Shown here piece after piece: positions 11,201 to 19,918 of a DNA stretch of 64,000 nt. How positions within the stretch are numbered: position 1 is the stretch's first letter; each line of letters opens with the position of its first letter. The translations under genes were made by a program, and so were the position numbers. The notes beneath the pieces are model-generated. The model was not told where the DNA came from, did not search any database, and was given only the letters and a program-made list of their open reading frames with translations. The stretch comes from a bacterium (GTDB lineage Bacteria; Hinthialibacterota; Hinthialibacteria; OLB16): contig JAJVIK010000007.1 of the NCBI GenBank assembly GCA_022072055.1, positions 513,442-577,441 on the forward strand, given 5' to 3'.

Positions 11201-12946
11201 TTACCCGTTCACCCACTCGCTCTCCAGGTCCACTAGGCTCTTCCGGTAGGCGGTGGAAAAGGCATCTTCGATGCTCTCCCCGTCGCCAATCGCCTCAATC
11301 AACCGTCGCGCCTTGGGCCAGCCCCCTTTGTCCTCGATCAGGAAGCGGACGAATAGGAAGGATTCCAGGTATACCTGAGCGGCGATGGCGGAGTCGGAGA
11401 TCCCCGCAAACTCCCCCACCAGTTTGCTGGGCATCGGCAACCTCCCGGAGGCCAGCGAGTCCATCACTTGGCGGCGGAGCAGCGGGTTGTCCGGATTCTG
11501 GCCCGCCGCCATCTGCGCCAAGCCCTCATGCAGCCACACCGGAATCTTCGCGGGCGCGGTCCGGTTGTGCAGCAAGGCGTGGGTGTACTCATGGAAGACC
11601 AGCTCGGCCAGATACTGCCCGCCCGAAATCAGGTCGGATTCGCTGAGGTCCGAGAGCGGGAGGCGGATCTTCCCGTCATAGGCCCCGCCCGCCCAACTGT
11701 GGAGTCCGGTGATCTTGGAAAACTGGCCGCCACTGTAAATCACCACTGGGATGGTTCCCTTGGGGCGCAGGCCGAACTTGCGCCCGACCTCGCGCGCCGC
11801 CTGCTCCAGGAGCTTGCGGGTTTCCTTGGCCACATGCGCCACCTCGCGCCCCTCGAACGAAATCCGGAAGAAGCCCCGGTCTTGGGTCACAAAATCGCCC
11901 GCCTCGTCGATCTCCAAGCGGACCTTCTCGATCAGTTCGCCGAGCTCGGCCTGCGGGGCGCCCTCGTAGGCGCGCTCGAAGTAGTCCAGCGCGGTGTCGA
12001 GATCGTATTCCTGATAGGCCAACTGTCCGATCTGAAAAAGCGCGCCGGGATGATTGGGGTCATGCTCCAGCGCCTTCTTGAAGAGCATCTCGCGGCGACG
12101 GGTCTCGGTGGAGGGAAAACCGAGGGCCTGGTCCACATACAGCGAGGCGAGCGCGGAGCGCACCTGCGGCTCCAAATGCGTGTCGCCGCTTCCGGCAAGG
12201 AGCGAGAGGGCTTCCAGAAGTTTCCGTTCCCCGACCCCATAGTTCCCGGAGAGACGGAGCTCATTGCCGTTGCCCGCCACCGCGAAGGCCAGGTTCAGGC
12301 GAACCGCGGATTGCTCCGGCAGGTTCTGGTAGGCCTTTCGCAGAACCTGTTCGGCCTCCTCGAATTGGCGCGCCTCCGCCGCGCGGACCCCTTTTTCGTT
12401 ATAGAGGAAACCGAGGAGTTGAATGCGTTCCGTGGCGGAGAGGGATTGACCCTGCGGACTCTCCAGCACCAGGCGGATTTTCTCATCCACCGAGAGCTTC
12501 TCGAAGGCCGGCCCGAAGGGGTTGCGGATCAAGGCCACCCCGGCGGAATGCGGTTCAAAGGAGAGGCTCTCCTCGACGGGTTCGGGAAGCGGGGGCGCGG
12601 GGGCAGCGAACTCCCCGGAGAGGAGGACCTGGGTCACCTTCCCCGCCTCGAGGGTCAGGATCCCGCGCGAGTGTTCCAGTCCGGCGGCGAGCTTGTACTG
12701 ATAGATCCCGGGTTTGGGAACCTTGAACGAGGCAGTGGCGCTTTCCACCAGCTTCGAGGTGCGGATGAAACCCTTTCCGAGCACTGAGAAGTTGACCTCG
12801 CCGGGAACCTCGGAGCGGATGAGCACGGTGGGACGGGCGCTCGCGCTTTCAATCTGATGGAGGTGAACCTCCACTTCGGCGGAGGACCGTTGAGCGACGG
12901 CTAGCGCGACGAGGGTTGTAAGAAGGGCGAGCCGAGGCGCGCGCAT
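11201..12946 (-). CDS. Secreted TPR-repeat protein with HExxH zinc-metallopeptidase motif
   Basis: Signal peptide MRAPRLALLTTLVALAVAQ; TPR-like helical repeats; HEYTHALLH motif near C-terminus. Confidence 0.7.
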   Translation of the reverse strand: MRAPRLALLTTLVALAVAQRSSAEVEVHLHQIESASARPTVLIRSEVPGEVNFSVLGKGFIRTSKLVESATASFKVPKPGIYQYKLAAGLEHSRGILTLEAGKVTQVLLSGEFAAPAPPLPEPVEESLSFEPHSAGVALIRNPFGPAFEKLSVDEKIRLVLESPQGQSLSATERIQLLGFLYNEKGVRAAEARQFEEAEQVLRKAYQNLPEQSAVRLNLAFAVAGNGNELRLSGNYGVGERKLLEALSLLAGSGDTHLEPQVRSALASLYVDQALGFPSTETRRREMLFKKALEHDPNHPGALFQIGQLAYQEYDLDTALDYFERAYEGAPQAELGELIEKVRLEIDEAGDFVTQDRGFFRISFEGREVAHVAKETRKLLEQAAREVGRKFGLRPKGTIPVVIYSGGQFSKITGLHSWAGGAYDGKIRLPLSDLSESDLISGGQYLAELVFHEYTHALLHNRTAPAKIPVWLHEGLAQMAAGQNPDNPLLRRQVMDSLASGRLPMPSKLVGEFAGISDSAIAAQVYLESFLFVRFLIEDKGGWPKARRLIEAIGDGESIEDAFSTAYRKSLVDLESEWVNG

Positions 12947-12950
12947 CGGG

Positions 12951-13319
12951 CTAATCCTTCCTCGCGCGGCTGAGCGGCTCGGTGTCTTCGAGCTCGCCCC
13001 AGGTGACTCCGGGCTCCTCGACCCAATCGGGCCTTCGCTTGGGGTCGAACCGGTCGAGCTGGACTTCGAGGGGGGAGCGTTGGGGGCGCGGTCTCCCGGC
13101 GTTGCGCCACTTCTCGCGGTGCCACGCGCGGATGCGTCTCCGCGAGTTGTCGTAAACCGCGACACAGACCATGGCCAGGATCGAGACTCCAAACCCCAGC
13201 GCCCAATAGAGAGGCTCCACCGGACTCAGTCCCCCTTCGCCCTTTGGGGGAGTATATCGGAAGGGCGGGGGCGGGGGGAATAGAAGGGGGGAATCGGAAA
13301 CGCCTTCGCTTTCCGACAA
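12951..13319 (-). CDS. Small hypothetical single-pass membrane protein
   Basis: 122-aa ORF with Pro-rich N-terminus and one hydrophobic helix; abuts the downstream metalloprotease gene. Confidence 0.3.
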   Translation of the reverse strand: MSESEGVSDSPLLFPPPPPFRYTPPKGEGGLSPVEPLYWALGFGVSILAMVCVAVYDNSRRRIRAWHREKWRNAGRPRPQRSPLEVQLDRFDPKRRPDWVEEPGVTWGELEDTEPLSRARKD

Positions 13320-13324
13320 CCGGT

Positions 13325-13723
13325 TCAGCGCCTTGCCCAGTTCTCCAGTCGCAGATCCGGGATCCTTCCGAAGCGCTTCACATTGTTTGTGACCAAGCAG
13401 TAATCGAGCATGAGGGCGCTTGCGGCGATGATCAAGTCAAAGTCGTCGAGAACCTGGCCCTTCCGCGAAAGGTCTGCTTTCAGTGACGCGTAGGTTTCCA
13501 TCACGCCTCGAGTTATCCCGATCACCGGGAAAACTTCGATGAGTTGGCGAACATTTGCCGTGTTTTGGCGAGGGTTTTCCGATTTCTCCGCCCCATGCAG
13601 GAGCTCTCCGTAGCTGATCATCGAGATCGCTTTCGGGAAAGGTTCTTTCTCTTTGAGGGTCGCGAGAACAGACCTATTCCCTCGCAGGATGAAGACGAGG
13701 ATGTCGGTATCAATCAAAAACAC
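13325..13723 (-). CDS. vapC: PIN-domain toxin VapC (probable GTG start)
   Basis: VFLIDTDILV PIN N-terminus; no in-frame ATG, GTG at 13723 overlaps the antitoxin stop. Confidence 0.7.
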   Translation of the reverse strand: MFLIDTDILVFILRGNRSVLATLKEKEPFPKAISMISYGELLHGAEKSENPRQNTANVRQLIEVFPVIGITRGVMETYASLKADLSRKGQVLDDFDLIIAASALMLDYCLVTNNVKRFGRIPDLRLENWARR

Positions 13724-14024
13724 GAAGCATTTTCTCCCGCCGGGATGAAAACCGCCGGGCTTTCCGGATCGAATCCGCAATCTCCTCGGCCGACCTTGAA
13801 TCCTTCCAGGTCCCGGCCAGCTTCAAGAGCTCTCGCGTGGCCTTCGCTGGGTCCTCCTCCGGTCGCGAGAGGCCCTCCTGGATGAGTGTGACCACCTCCT
13901 GGCTGATGGACCGGTTGTTCCTTTTCGCCCTTGCCCCCAGGGCGCGATACAAGTTGTCGTCCATTCCCTTGACTTGCAGATTCGCCACGATGGTCTCCCA
14001 TTCCAATCCTGACCCCTCAATCAT
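13710..14024 (-). CDS. vapB: Ribbon-helix-helix antitoxin (VapB/FitA-like)
   Basis: N-terminal beta-strand then helices (ANLQVKGMDDNLYRALGARAKRNNRSISQEV), RHH-like; overlaps the PIN gene. Confidence 0.6.
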   Translation of the reverse strand: MIEGSGLEWETIVANLQVKGMDDNLYRALGARAKRNNRSISQEVVTLIQEGLSRPEEDPAKATRELLKLAGTWKDSRSAEEIADSIRKARRFSSRREKMLRVFD

Positions 14025-14210
14025 CCTATCGGGTCTTTCATGAGAAGGCAACCGAATTTCATGAAAGGGCATCCGAACCGCTCTGGAATCCTTCGTGGTT
14101 AAGGTTCACCAGGGTTCTTCGACACCGGCAAACTCGATATACTCTACCCTCACTTCCGCCGACCTCTCCAAGCCGCGAGGGACGCGGTGGTGGTGGCGGG
14201 CTAACCGAGG

Positions 14211-17051
14211 ATGGGCCAACCGATGCACGCAAAGACCCGCCGGATCCTTTTCAGCGCTGTGGTGACACTTCTCTCAACCCTCGGAGTCACGATGCGGGCC
14301 GAGTCCATGACACCCACCCATCTCCGCTGTGAATACCTGGTGAACCCGATCGGAATCGATACGGCCGTCCCACGCCTGAGCTGGCGACTCGCTTCCAGCG
14401 CGCGCGGCGCGCGGCAGAGCGCCTACCGGATTCTGGTGGCCTCCTCCACAGCCGAGCTGAGCAACGACCAAGGCGACCTGTGGGACTCCGGGAAGATCGA
14501 GTCCTCCGAGACCACGCAGATTGTCTATTCCGGAAAGACGCTTTCACACGGTCTTGAATGCCATTGGAAGGTCCGCGCCTGGGACAGCGCGGGGACCCCT
14601 TCCGGATGGAGCGAGGTCGCGCGCTGGTCAATGGGTCCGATGGAGAGCTCGGATTGGACCGCGAAGTGGATCGGCAACGAGGCGCCCTCCCCGCCCACCC
14701 AAGACCCGCTTCCGGCCCAGATGCTTCGCAAGGAATTCGCCCTTGCTTCCTCGCTCCGTCGCGCGGTGGTGCATGTTTCCGCCCTGGGCCTCTATGAGCT
14801 GCGCCTCAACGGCGCGCGCGTGGGGAACCAACTCCTCGCGCCCGAATGGACCGACTATCCCACCCGGGTTCAATATCAGACATACGAAGTGACTGGCTTG
14901 CTTCGCGCCGGAGAAAACGCGGTTGCGGCGCATCTCGGCGATGGGTGGTATTCGGGGCGGATCGGTCTTTCCAACATCGTTCCCGATGGACCGTTGCGCG
15001 GCATTTATGGTCCAAGACCCCGGTTGCTCGTTCAGCTGGAGATCGAATTCGAGGATGGACTTAAGGAGCGGGTGGTCAGCGATGGGAGTTGGCGGCTGAC
15101 CGATGAAGGCCCGATTCGCTCGGCGGACATCCTGGATGGGGAGGTGTATGACGCCCGCCGGGAAAAGCCCGGATGGGACCAGCCCGGTTTTGAGGATTCC
15201 GATTGGAAACCGGTCCAAGTTGAAGAGGATTTCCAGGGCAAGCTGGTGGCCCAGAGGAACGAACCGATCCGAGTGGTCGAGGAGCTGAAACCGATCGCGA
15301 TCACCGAACCGGCGTCCGGCGTGTACATCTTCGATCTCGGGCAGAACATGGTGGGCTGGTGCCGCGCGCGCCTCAGGGGCGAGGCTGGGCGCGCCATCCG
15401 GCTGCGTCACAGCGAGGCGCTGAAGCCGGATGGAACCCTCTATCGAGACAATCTGCGCATGCCGAGTGATGGAGGTCCCTTGGGAGCGCGTCAGGAGGAT
15501 CTCTACATCTGCCGCGGCGAAGGGCCGGAGTGGTTCGAGCCGCATTTCACCTACCATGGTTTCCGCTATGTCGAGGTGACCGGACTTGCGGAGCGACCCA
15601 ACCTCGATTCGCTTGTGGGGCGGGTGTTCTGCTCCTCCGCGCCGGAGACCGCGACCTTTGAGTGCTCCGAGCCGATGCTGAACCGGCTCATGAAGAACAT
15701 CCTCTGGACCCAGCGCGGCAATCTGATGAGTGTTCCGACCGACTGCCCGCAGCGGGATGAGCGTCTAGGTTGGATGGGGGATGCCGGAATCTTCTCTCCG
15801 GCGGCGTGCTTCAACATGGACATGGCCGCATTTTTCACCAAGTGGCTCCAGGATGTTCGGGATTCCCAGGCCGCGGATGGCCGCTTTCCGGATTTCGCGC
15901 CGCATCCGTTCGGTCCGAACGAACGTTTCTCCGGGGTTCCGGCTTGGGGGGATGCCGGGGTGATTGTCCCGTGGGTGGTTTATCGCTGGTATGGGGACAG
16001 TCGGCTGATCGAGACCCATTTCCAGGCCGCCGCGCGCTGGGTGGACCGGATCGCGGAGAAGAACCCGGATCGGATCTGGCGGAACTCTCGCGGCAACGAC
16101 TATGGCGATTGGCTGAATGGCGACACGCTGATCCGGGAGGGGTGGACGCGCGCTGGGGCGGCGATCCCGAAAGAGATCTTCGCGACCCTCCTGTTCGCCA
16201 ACTCGGCAACCCTGGTGGCCAAAATGGCGGCCGTGATCGGCAAGGAGCGGGAGGCCGAGAAGTACAGCGAACTGGCGAGGACCATCCGCGCCGCGTTTGT
16301 CCGGGAGTTTGTGGACAGCGAAGGGCGCATCCAGGGGGACACCCAGGCGGGGTATGCCCTCGCGCTCTCCTTCGAAATGCTCCCAGCGGAGCTCGAGGCG
16401 AAGGCGTTTACACACATGGTGGAGGCTATCGAGAAATATAACCAGCATCTCTCAACCGGGATTATCAGCACCCTTCACCTGATGAACGAGCTGGCGAATC
16501 GCGGCCAGGTCGAGCTGGCCTACCGTCTCCTTACTCAGCGGACCTTCCCTTCCTGGGGGTATGCCATCGAGCAGGGCGCCACCACGATCTGGGAGCGTTG
16601 GGATGGGTATGTGGAGGGCCGGGGATTTCAGGACCCCGGGATGAACTCCTTCAACCACTATGCCCTGGGGGCGGTGGGCGAGTTCATCCATCGAAACATC
16701 CTCGGGATCAACCCGGACACGGACCATCCGGGGTTTGCGCATGCGCGGATTCACCCTCGTCCCGGCGGGGGTTTGACCTGGGCGCGTGGAGCCTATGACT
16801 CGATCCGCGGTCCGATCCGGGTGAGCTGGAGAATCAACGACGCCGGTGGGTTCCGGTTGGAGGTGGAGCTCCCCGCGAACACGAGTGGGACTGTTTACCT
16901 CCCCGCGCGGGAAGCCGCCCAAGTGAGTGAAAGCGGCAAGTCGCTCCGGGAGGCGGAAGGGATTCTCGCGAGCAGGGCCGAGGGAGAGGTCACCGCCGTG
17001 GAGGTGGGTTCGGGGGCGTATGCCTTCGAGGTTTCTCACGCGCCAAGGTAA
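14211..17051 (+). CDS. Alpha-L-rhamnosidase (glycoside hydrolase family 78)
   Basis: 946 aa with signal peptide; GH78 blocks (DCPQRDERLGWMGDAG, six-hairpin region, C-terminal beta-sandwich). Confidence 0.85.
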   Translation: MGQPMHAKTRRILFSAVVTLLSTLGVTMRAESMTPTHLRCEYLVNPIGIDTAVPRLSWRLASSARGARQSAYRILVASSTAELSNDQGDLWDSGKIESSETTQIVYSGKTLSHGLECHWKVRAWDSAGTPSGWSEVARWSMGPMESSDWTAKWIGNEAPSPPTQDPLPAQMLRKEFALASSLRRAVVHVSALGLYELRLNGARVGNQLLAPEWTDYPTRVQYQTYEVTGLLRAGENAVAAHLGDGWYSGRIGLSNIVPDGPLRGIYGPRPRLLVQLEIEFEDGLKERVVSDGSWRLTDEGPIRSADILDGEVYDARREKPGWDQPGFEDSDWKPVQVEEDFQGKLVAQRNEPIRVVEELKPIAITEPASGVYIFDLGQNMVGWCRARLRGEAGRAIRLRHSEALKPDGTLYRDNLRMPSDGGPLGARQEDLYICRGEGPEWFEPHFTYHGFRYVEVTGLAERPNLDSLVGRVFCSSAPETATFECSEPMLNRLMKNILWTQRGNLMSVPTDCPQRDERLGWMGDAGIFSPAACFNMDMAAFFTKWLQDVRDSQAADGRFPDFAPHPFGPNERFSGVPAWGDAGVIVPWVVYRWYGDSRLIETHFQAAARWVDRIAEKNPDRIWRNSRGNDYGDWLNGDTLIREGWTRAGAAIPKEIFATLLFANSATLVAKMAAVIGKEREAEKYSELARTIRAAFVREFVDSEGRIQGDTQAGYALALSFEMLPAELEAKAFTHMVEAIEKYNQHLSTGIISTLHLMNELANRGQVELAYRLLTQRTFPSWGYAIEQGATTIWERWDGYVEGRGFQDPGMNSFNHYALGAVGEFIHRNILGINPDTDHPGFAHARIHPRPGGGLTWARGAYDSIRGPIRVSWRINDAGGFRLEVELPANTSGTVYLPAREAAQVSESGKSLREAEGILASRAEGEVTAVEVGSGAYAFEVSHAPR

Positions 17052-17060
17052 GGTTCATGG

Positions 17061-17228
17061 GCGGAGTCCAACTCCGCGGTCCGGTTCCGCCCAGGAGTCC
17101 AACTCCTGGGCGAGCGGAGGGTTAGAGCATTTCTCACTCGGATGTCGTGTTGGAGGGGCGCGGTCCCTCGCGTCCGGACACGACAGAGCTACGGGGGCGT
17201 CCGGACACGACAGAGCGTGTCCCTCCTG
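17061..17228. repeat. Mosaic GC-rich palindromic repeat, copy B1 (two TCCAA-loop hairpins, TTAGAGC module, GGACACG hairpins)
   Basis: Fills the convergent gap between rhamnosidase and rhaT; homologous to segments at 40720-40772, 53925-54020 (inverted) and 60552-60637. Confidence 0.6.
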
Positions 17229-17229
17229 G

Positions 17230-18285
17230 CTACGGGGTCGCGTCCTTCAGGTAATTCCCCACTCCAATGATGAGGGTGGAGAGGATCAACACCGCGATGC
17301 CGCCTTGGAGCAGCCCCTTGGCCTTCGGGCTGGTTCCGCTCCATTCACGCAGCCAGAGACCCCACAGATTGCTGAACACGATGATGAAGGCCATGTGGAG
17401 GGTCCAACTGGAGAAATCATACTCGCCCATGCGCGTGGTCCCCATCCCATAGAAGAAGAATTGCAAGTACCAGGTGACCCCGGCCAACGCGGAAAAGATG
17501 TAGTTCCGCGTCATCCCCGGCTTGGTGGTGTCGAGATATTCCCCGACCGTGCCGTTGGAATAGTGCAGCAGGGCGCACCAGATCAGGTTGGTCGTGAATC
17601 CGCCCAATAGAACCACCACGAGCACCGGGGTGTTTTGCCAGATGTCCGGCGTGCCCATCTCAATCGCCAGACCGGCGATGGGCTTGCCGGCCTGAAAGGC
17701 GAAGGCCATGCAGGCGCTCATGATCCCGCAGAAGACCGCCACCCAGACCCCCTTGGTGAACTGGTATTCGGCCACCGCGTTGGCCTTTTCGGCCACCGAG
17801 AGCTCCCGCTCCTTAAGGACCCCAGCCCAACCGCTGACCCCGATTCCCGCGATGCACACGCACACCCCGAGAAGAATGGCCCATCCGGAAGCTTGGGTGA
17901 GAAGAACTCCCAAGGTTCCCTCGAAGAGCGGCGGGAGAAGGGTCCCGAAGGTGGCGCAAAGTCCGAGCGCCAAGGCATACCCCAGCGAAAGCCCCAGATA
18001 GCGCATGGTCAACCCGAAGGTGAGTCCGCCCACGCCCCACAGAACCCCGAAGAGGTAAGTGTTGAAGAGCGCCGCCGCGGGGGCGCTGGAGAGGATCTCA
18101 AACAGACGCGGATTGAGCAGACTGGCCGCCACCAGCGGCGCGATGATCCAGGAGAACACCCCGCCCACCGCCCAGTAGGTCTCCCAGGACCAGCCCCGAA
18201 CCTTCTTGAACGGGAGGTAAAAGCTCCCCGCGGCCAGCCCCCCGACCGCGTGCAAAAACACACCCAGCATCGGATTCGCTTCCAT
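17230..18285 (-). CDS. rhaT: L-rhamnose-proton symporter
   Basis: About 351 aa, 10 TM helices, RhaT-like N-terminus MEANPMLGVFLHAVGGLAAGSFYLPFKKV; upstream extension in the ORF track rejected. Confidence 0.85.
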   Translation of the reverse strand: MEANPMLGVFLHAVGGLAAGSFYLPFKKVRGWSWETYWAVGGVFSWIIAPLVAASLLNPRLFEILSSAPAAALFNTYLFGVLWGVGGLTFGLTMRYLGLSLGYALALGLCATFGTLLPPLFEGTLGVLLTQASGWAILLGVCVCIAGIGVSGWAGVLKERELSVAEKANAVAEYQFTKGVWVAVFCGIMSACMAFAFQAGKPIAGLAIEMGTPDIWQNTPVLVVVLLGGFTTNLIWCALLHYSNGTVGEYLDTTKPGMTRNYIFSALAGVTWYLQFFFYGMGTTRMGEYDFSSWTLHMAFIIVFSNLWGLWLREWSGTSPKAKGLLQGGIAVLILSTLIIGVGNYLKDATP

Positions 18286-18311
18286 GTGTCCCTCGCTCGC
18301 TCGAAATTGTC

Positions 18312-19814
18312 TCAGCAGACACTTGCGAAGTCCCAATCCATCAATGCGGCCACCTTCCGGAATTGGGAACTGTTGTGGCCCACCGACATGGCCACATGGT
18401 GAGTGGGCCCCAGGGCGAACCACTCGTTCATGAACTGGGTCGGACCCTTGGGGAAGCGCACGGGGGTCATGGTGTTGCCGATGCGCAGAATCTCTCCATC
18501 CGTGGCCATCCCTTGATTGGAAATGGCGAGGAGTTTGCCCGCGCGGGTTTGGGTGATCCCCAAGTTGGTGATCGGTCCGGTTCGGACCTTGGCCTCCACC
18601 GAGACCCCGCTGCCCCACTTGCCATGGTAAAGCCCCATTCCCCGGAGGATCGGCTTACGGTCCGAGATGCCCACATGGAAGGGGCCATCATGCCCCATCA
18701 GGATGGTCTGATCGACAAAATCGGTGGCCACAATCTCGCTGTAGCTCCCCCCCACCCCCAAGGTGTCGCAGACCTTCATCGCCACCGCGGTCTTCATGTC
18801 CCCCTCCCCGGAACAGGGGATGCCGCTTCCGGTGAGGAGCGAATGGCCGAGGATGAAAGCCTCTTGCAGACGTTCGTATTCGTTGCCCTCGGCCCCACGG
18901 TAGTAATAGGTGAGCGCATCCAGGTCGAACTCGCGGACAAGCTTTTCCTGCGCCACCGCGACCGTGCAGGACCAATCGAGCTGCTCGGGAGTGGGCTTCT
19001 TGGCGAGGGGGTCGGCGGGAGAATCCTCGCTGATGATGAAGAAATCCTCCACCTCGCGGAGCTTGGTTTTCTTTTCCGCCTCGGTGACAGTCGGCAGGAG
19101 CTTCATCAGGTCGCACATTTCCAGGATTTCCACATGCAGCCCGGTCTTGGCCTGGATTAGGGTGAAGTCGCTGTACATGTCGAGCATGCCGGGGTAGGTG
19201 TGGCCGAGAAAACCCATCCGTCCATATTGAAGGGTGCGAGCCACCCCCGCCGCGCGGGCCCACTCTTCGATCTCCTTCCAGGCCGAAACGGCATCGGGAT
19301 GGGAGCGGGTGGCTTCGTTGGCCACCGAGATCGCGGGGGTGCTCTCCAGACCGAGCAACCCGCTCACCACATGGAACGGAATGCCGGAACGTTCAAAGGC
19401 GTTGGAGATCTCCGGCACACAGCAGGCGACGCAATGAGCCAGCCATTCGCCGGTGGCGGTCTTGGCGTAATTCATCCGTTCCGCGGGTTGGAGATTGAGG
19501 ACCACCACCGGGCGCCTGCAAATCTGGGAAACCGGGAGATGCGAGGCGCTCATGGCGTAGGTGGAGACATGGCAGAGGATCAGGTCCACATTGCGCTCGT
19601 TGAACCACTCCCCGGCCTTATGCGCCTTGGACTCCTCATCCACCATCCCGAAGTTGTGCACCTCGGCCCACTCGGAGAGACGTCCCTCCACAAACTTGCC
19701 ATACCCCGCCAAGCGGTCGAGCAGTCCCGGGAATTGAACCCAGTAATGGGGATGGCCGATTGAATAGAGTCCGATGCGACCTTTGAGGGGGGGCTTGATC
19801 CGTTGAAAAGTCAT
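18312..19814 (-). CDS. L-arabinose isomerase family sugar isomerase
   Basis: About 500 aa; blocks matching AraA (GEGDMKTA, HHVAMSVGHN). Confidence 0.7.
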   Translation of the reverse strand: MTFQRIKPPLKGRIGLYSIGHPHYWVQFPGLLDRLAGYGKFVEGRLSEWAEVHNFGMVDEESKAHKAGEWFNERNVDLILCHVSTYAMSASHLPVSQICRRPVVVLNLQPAERMNYAKTATGEWLAHCVACCVPEISNAFERSGIPFHVVSGLLGLESTPAISVANEATRSHPDAVSAWKEIEEWARAAGVARTLQYGRMGFLGHTYPGMLDMYSDFTLIQAKTGLHVEILEMCDLMKLLPTVTEAEKKTKLREVEDFFIISEDSPADPLAKKPTPEQLDWSCTVAVAQEKLVREFDLDALTYYYRGAEGNEYERLQEAFILGHSLLTGSGIPCSGEGDMKTAVAMKVCDTLGVGGSYSEIVATDFVDQTILMGHDGPFHVGISDRKPILRGMGLYHGKWGSGVSVEAKVRTGPITNLGITQTRAGKLLAISNQGMATDGEILRIGNTMTPVRFPKGPTQFMNEWFALGPTHHVAMSVGHNSSQFRKVAALMDWDFASVC

Positions 19815-19918
19815 GGGCCTTCTCCAGCTCTTGGGGGCGGCCAAGAAAGTGCGATTCCGCGGGGATGCGCTCCGCGAACGATTGAAGTCGGTATGCTACC
19901 GCCGGAGGTTTCGAGACT

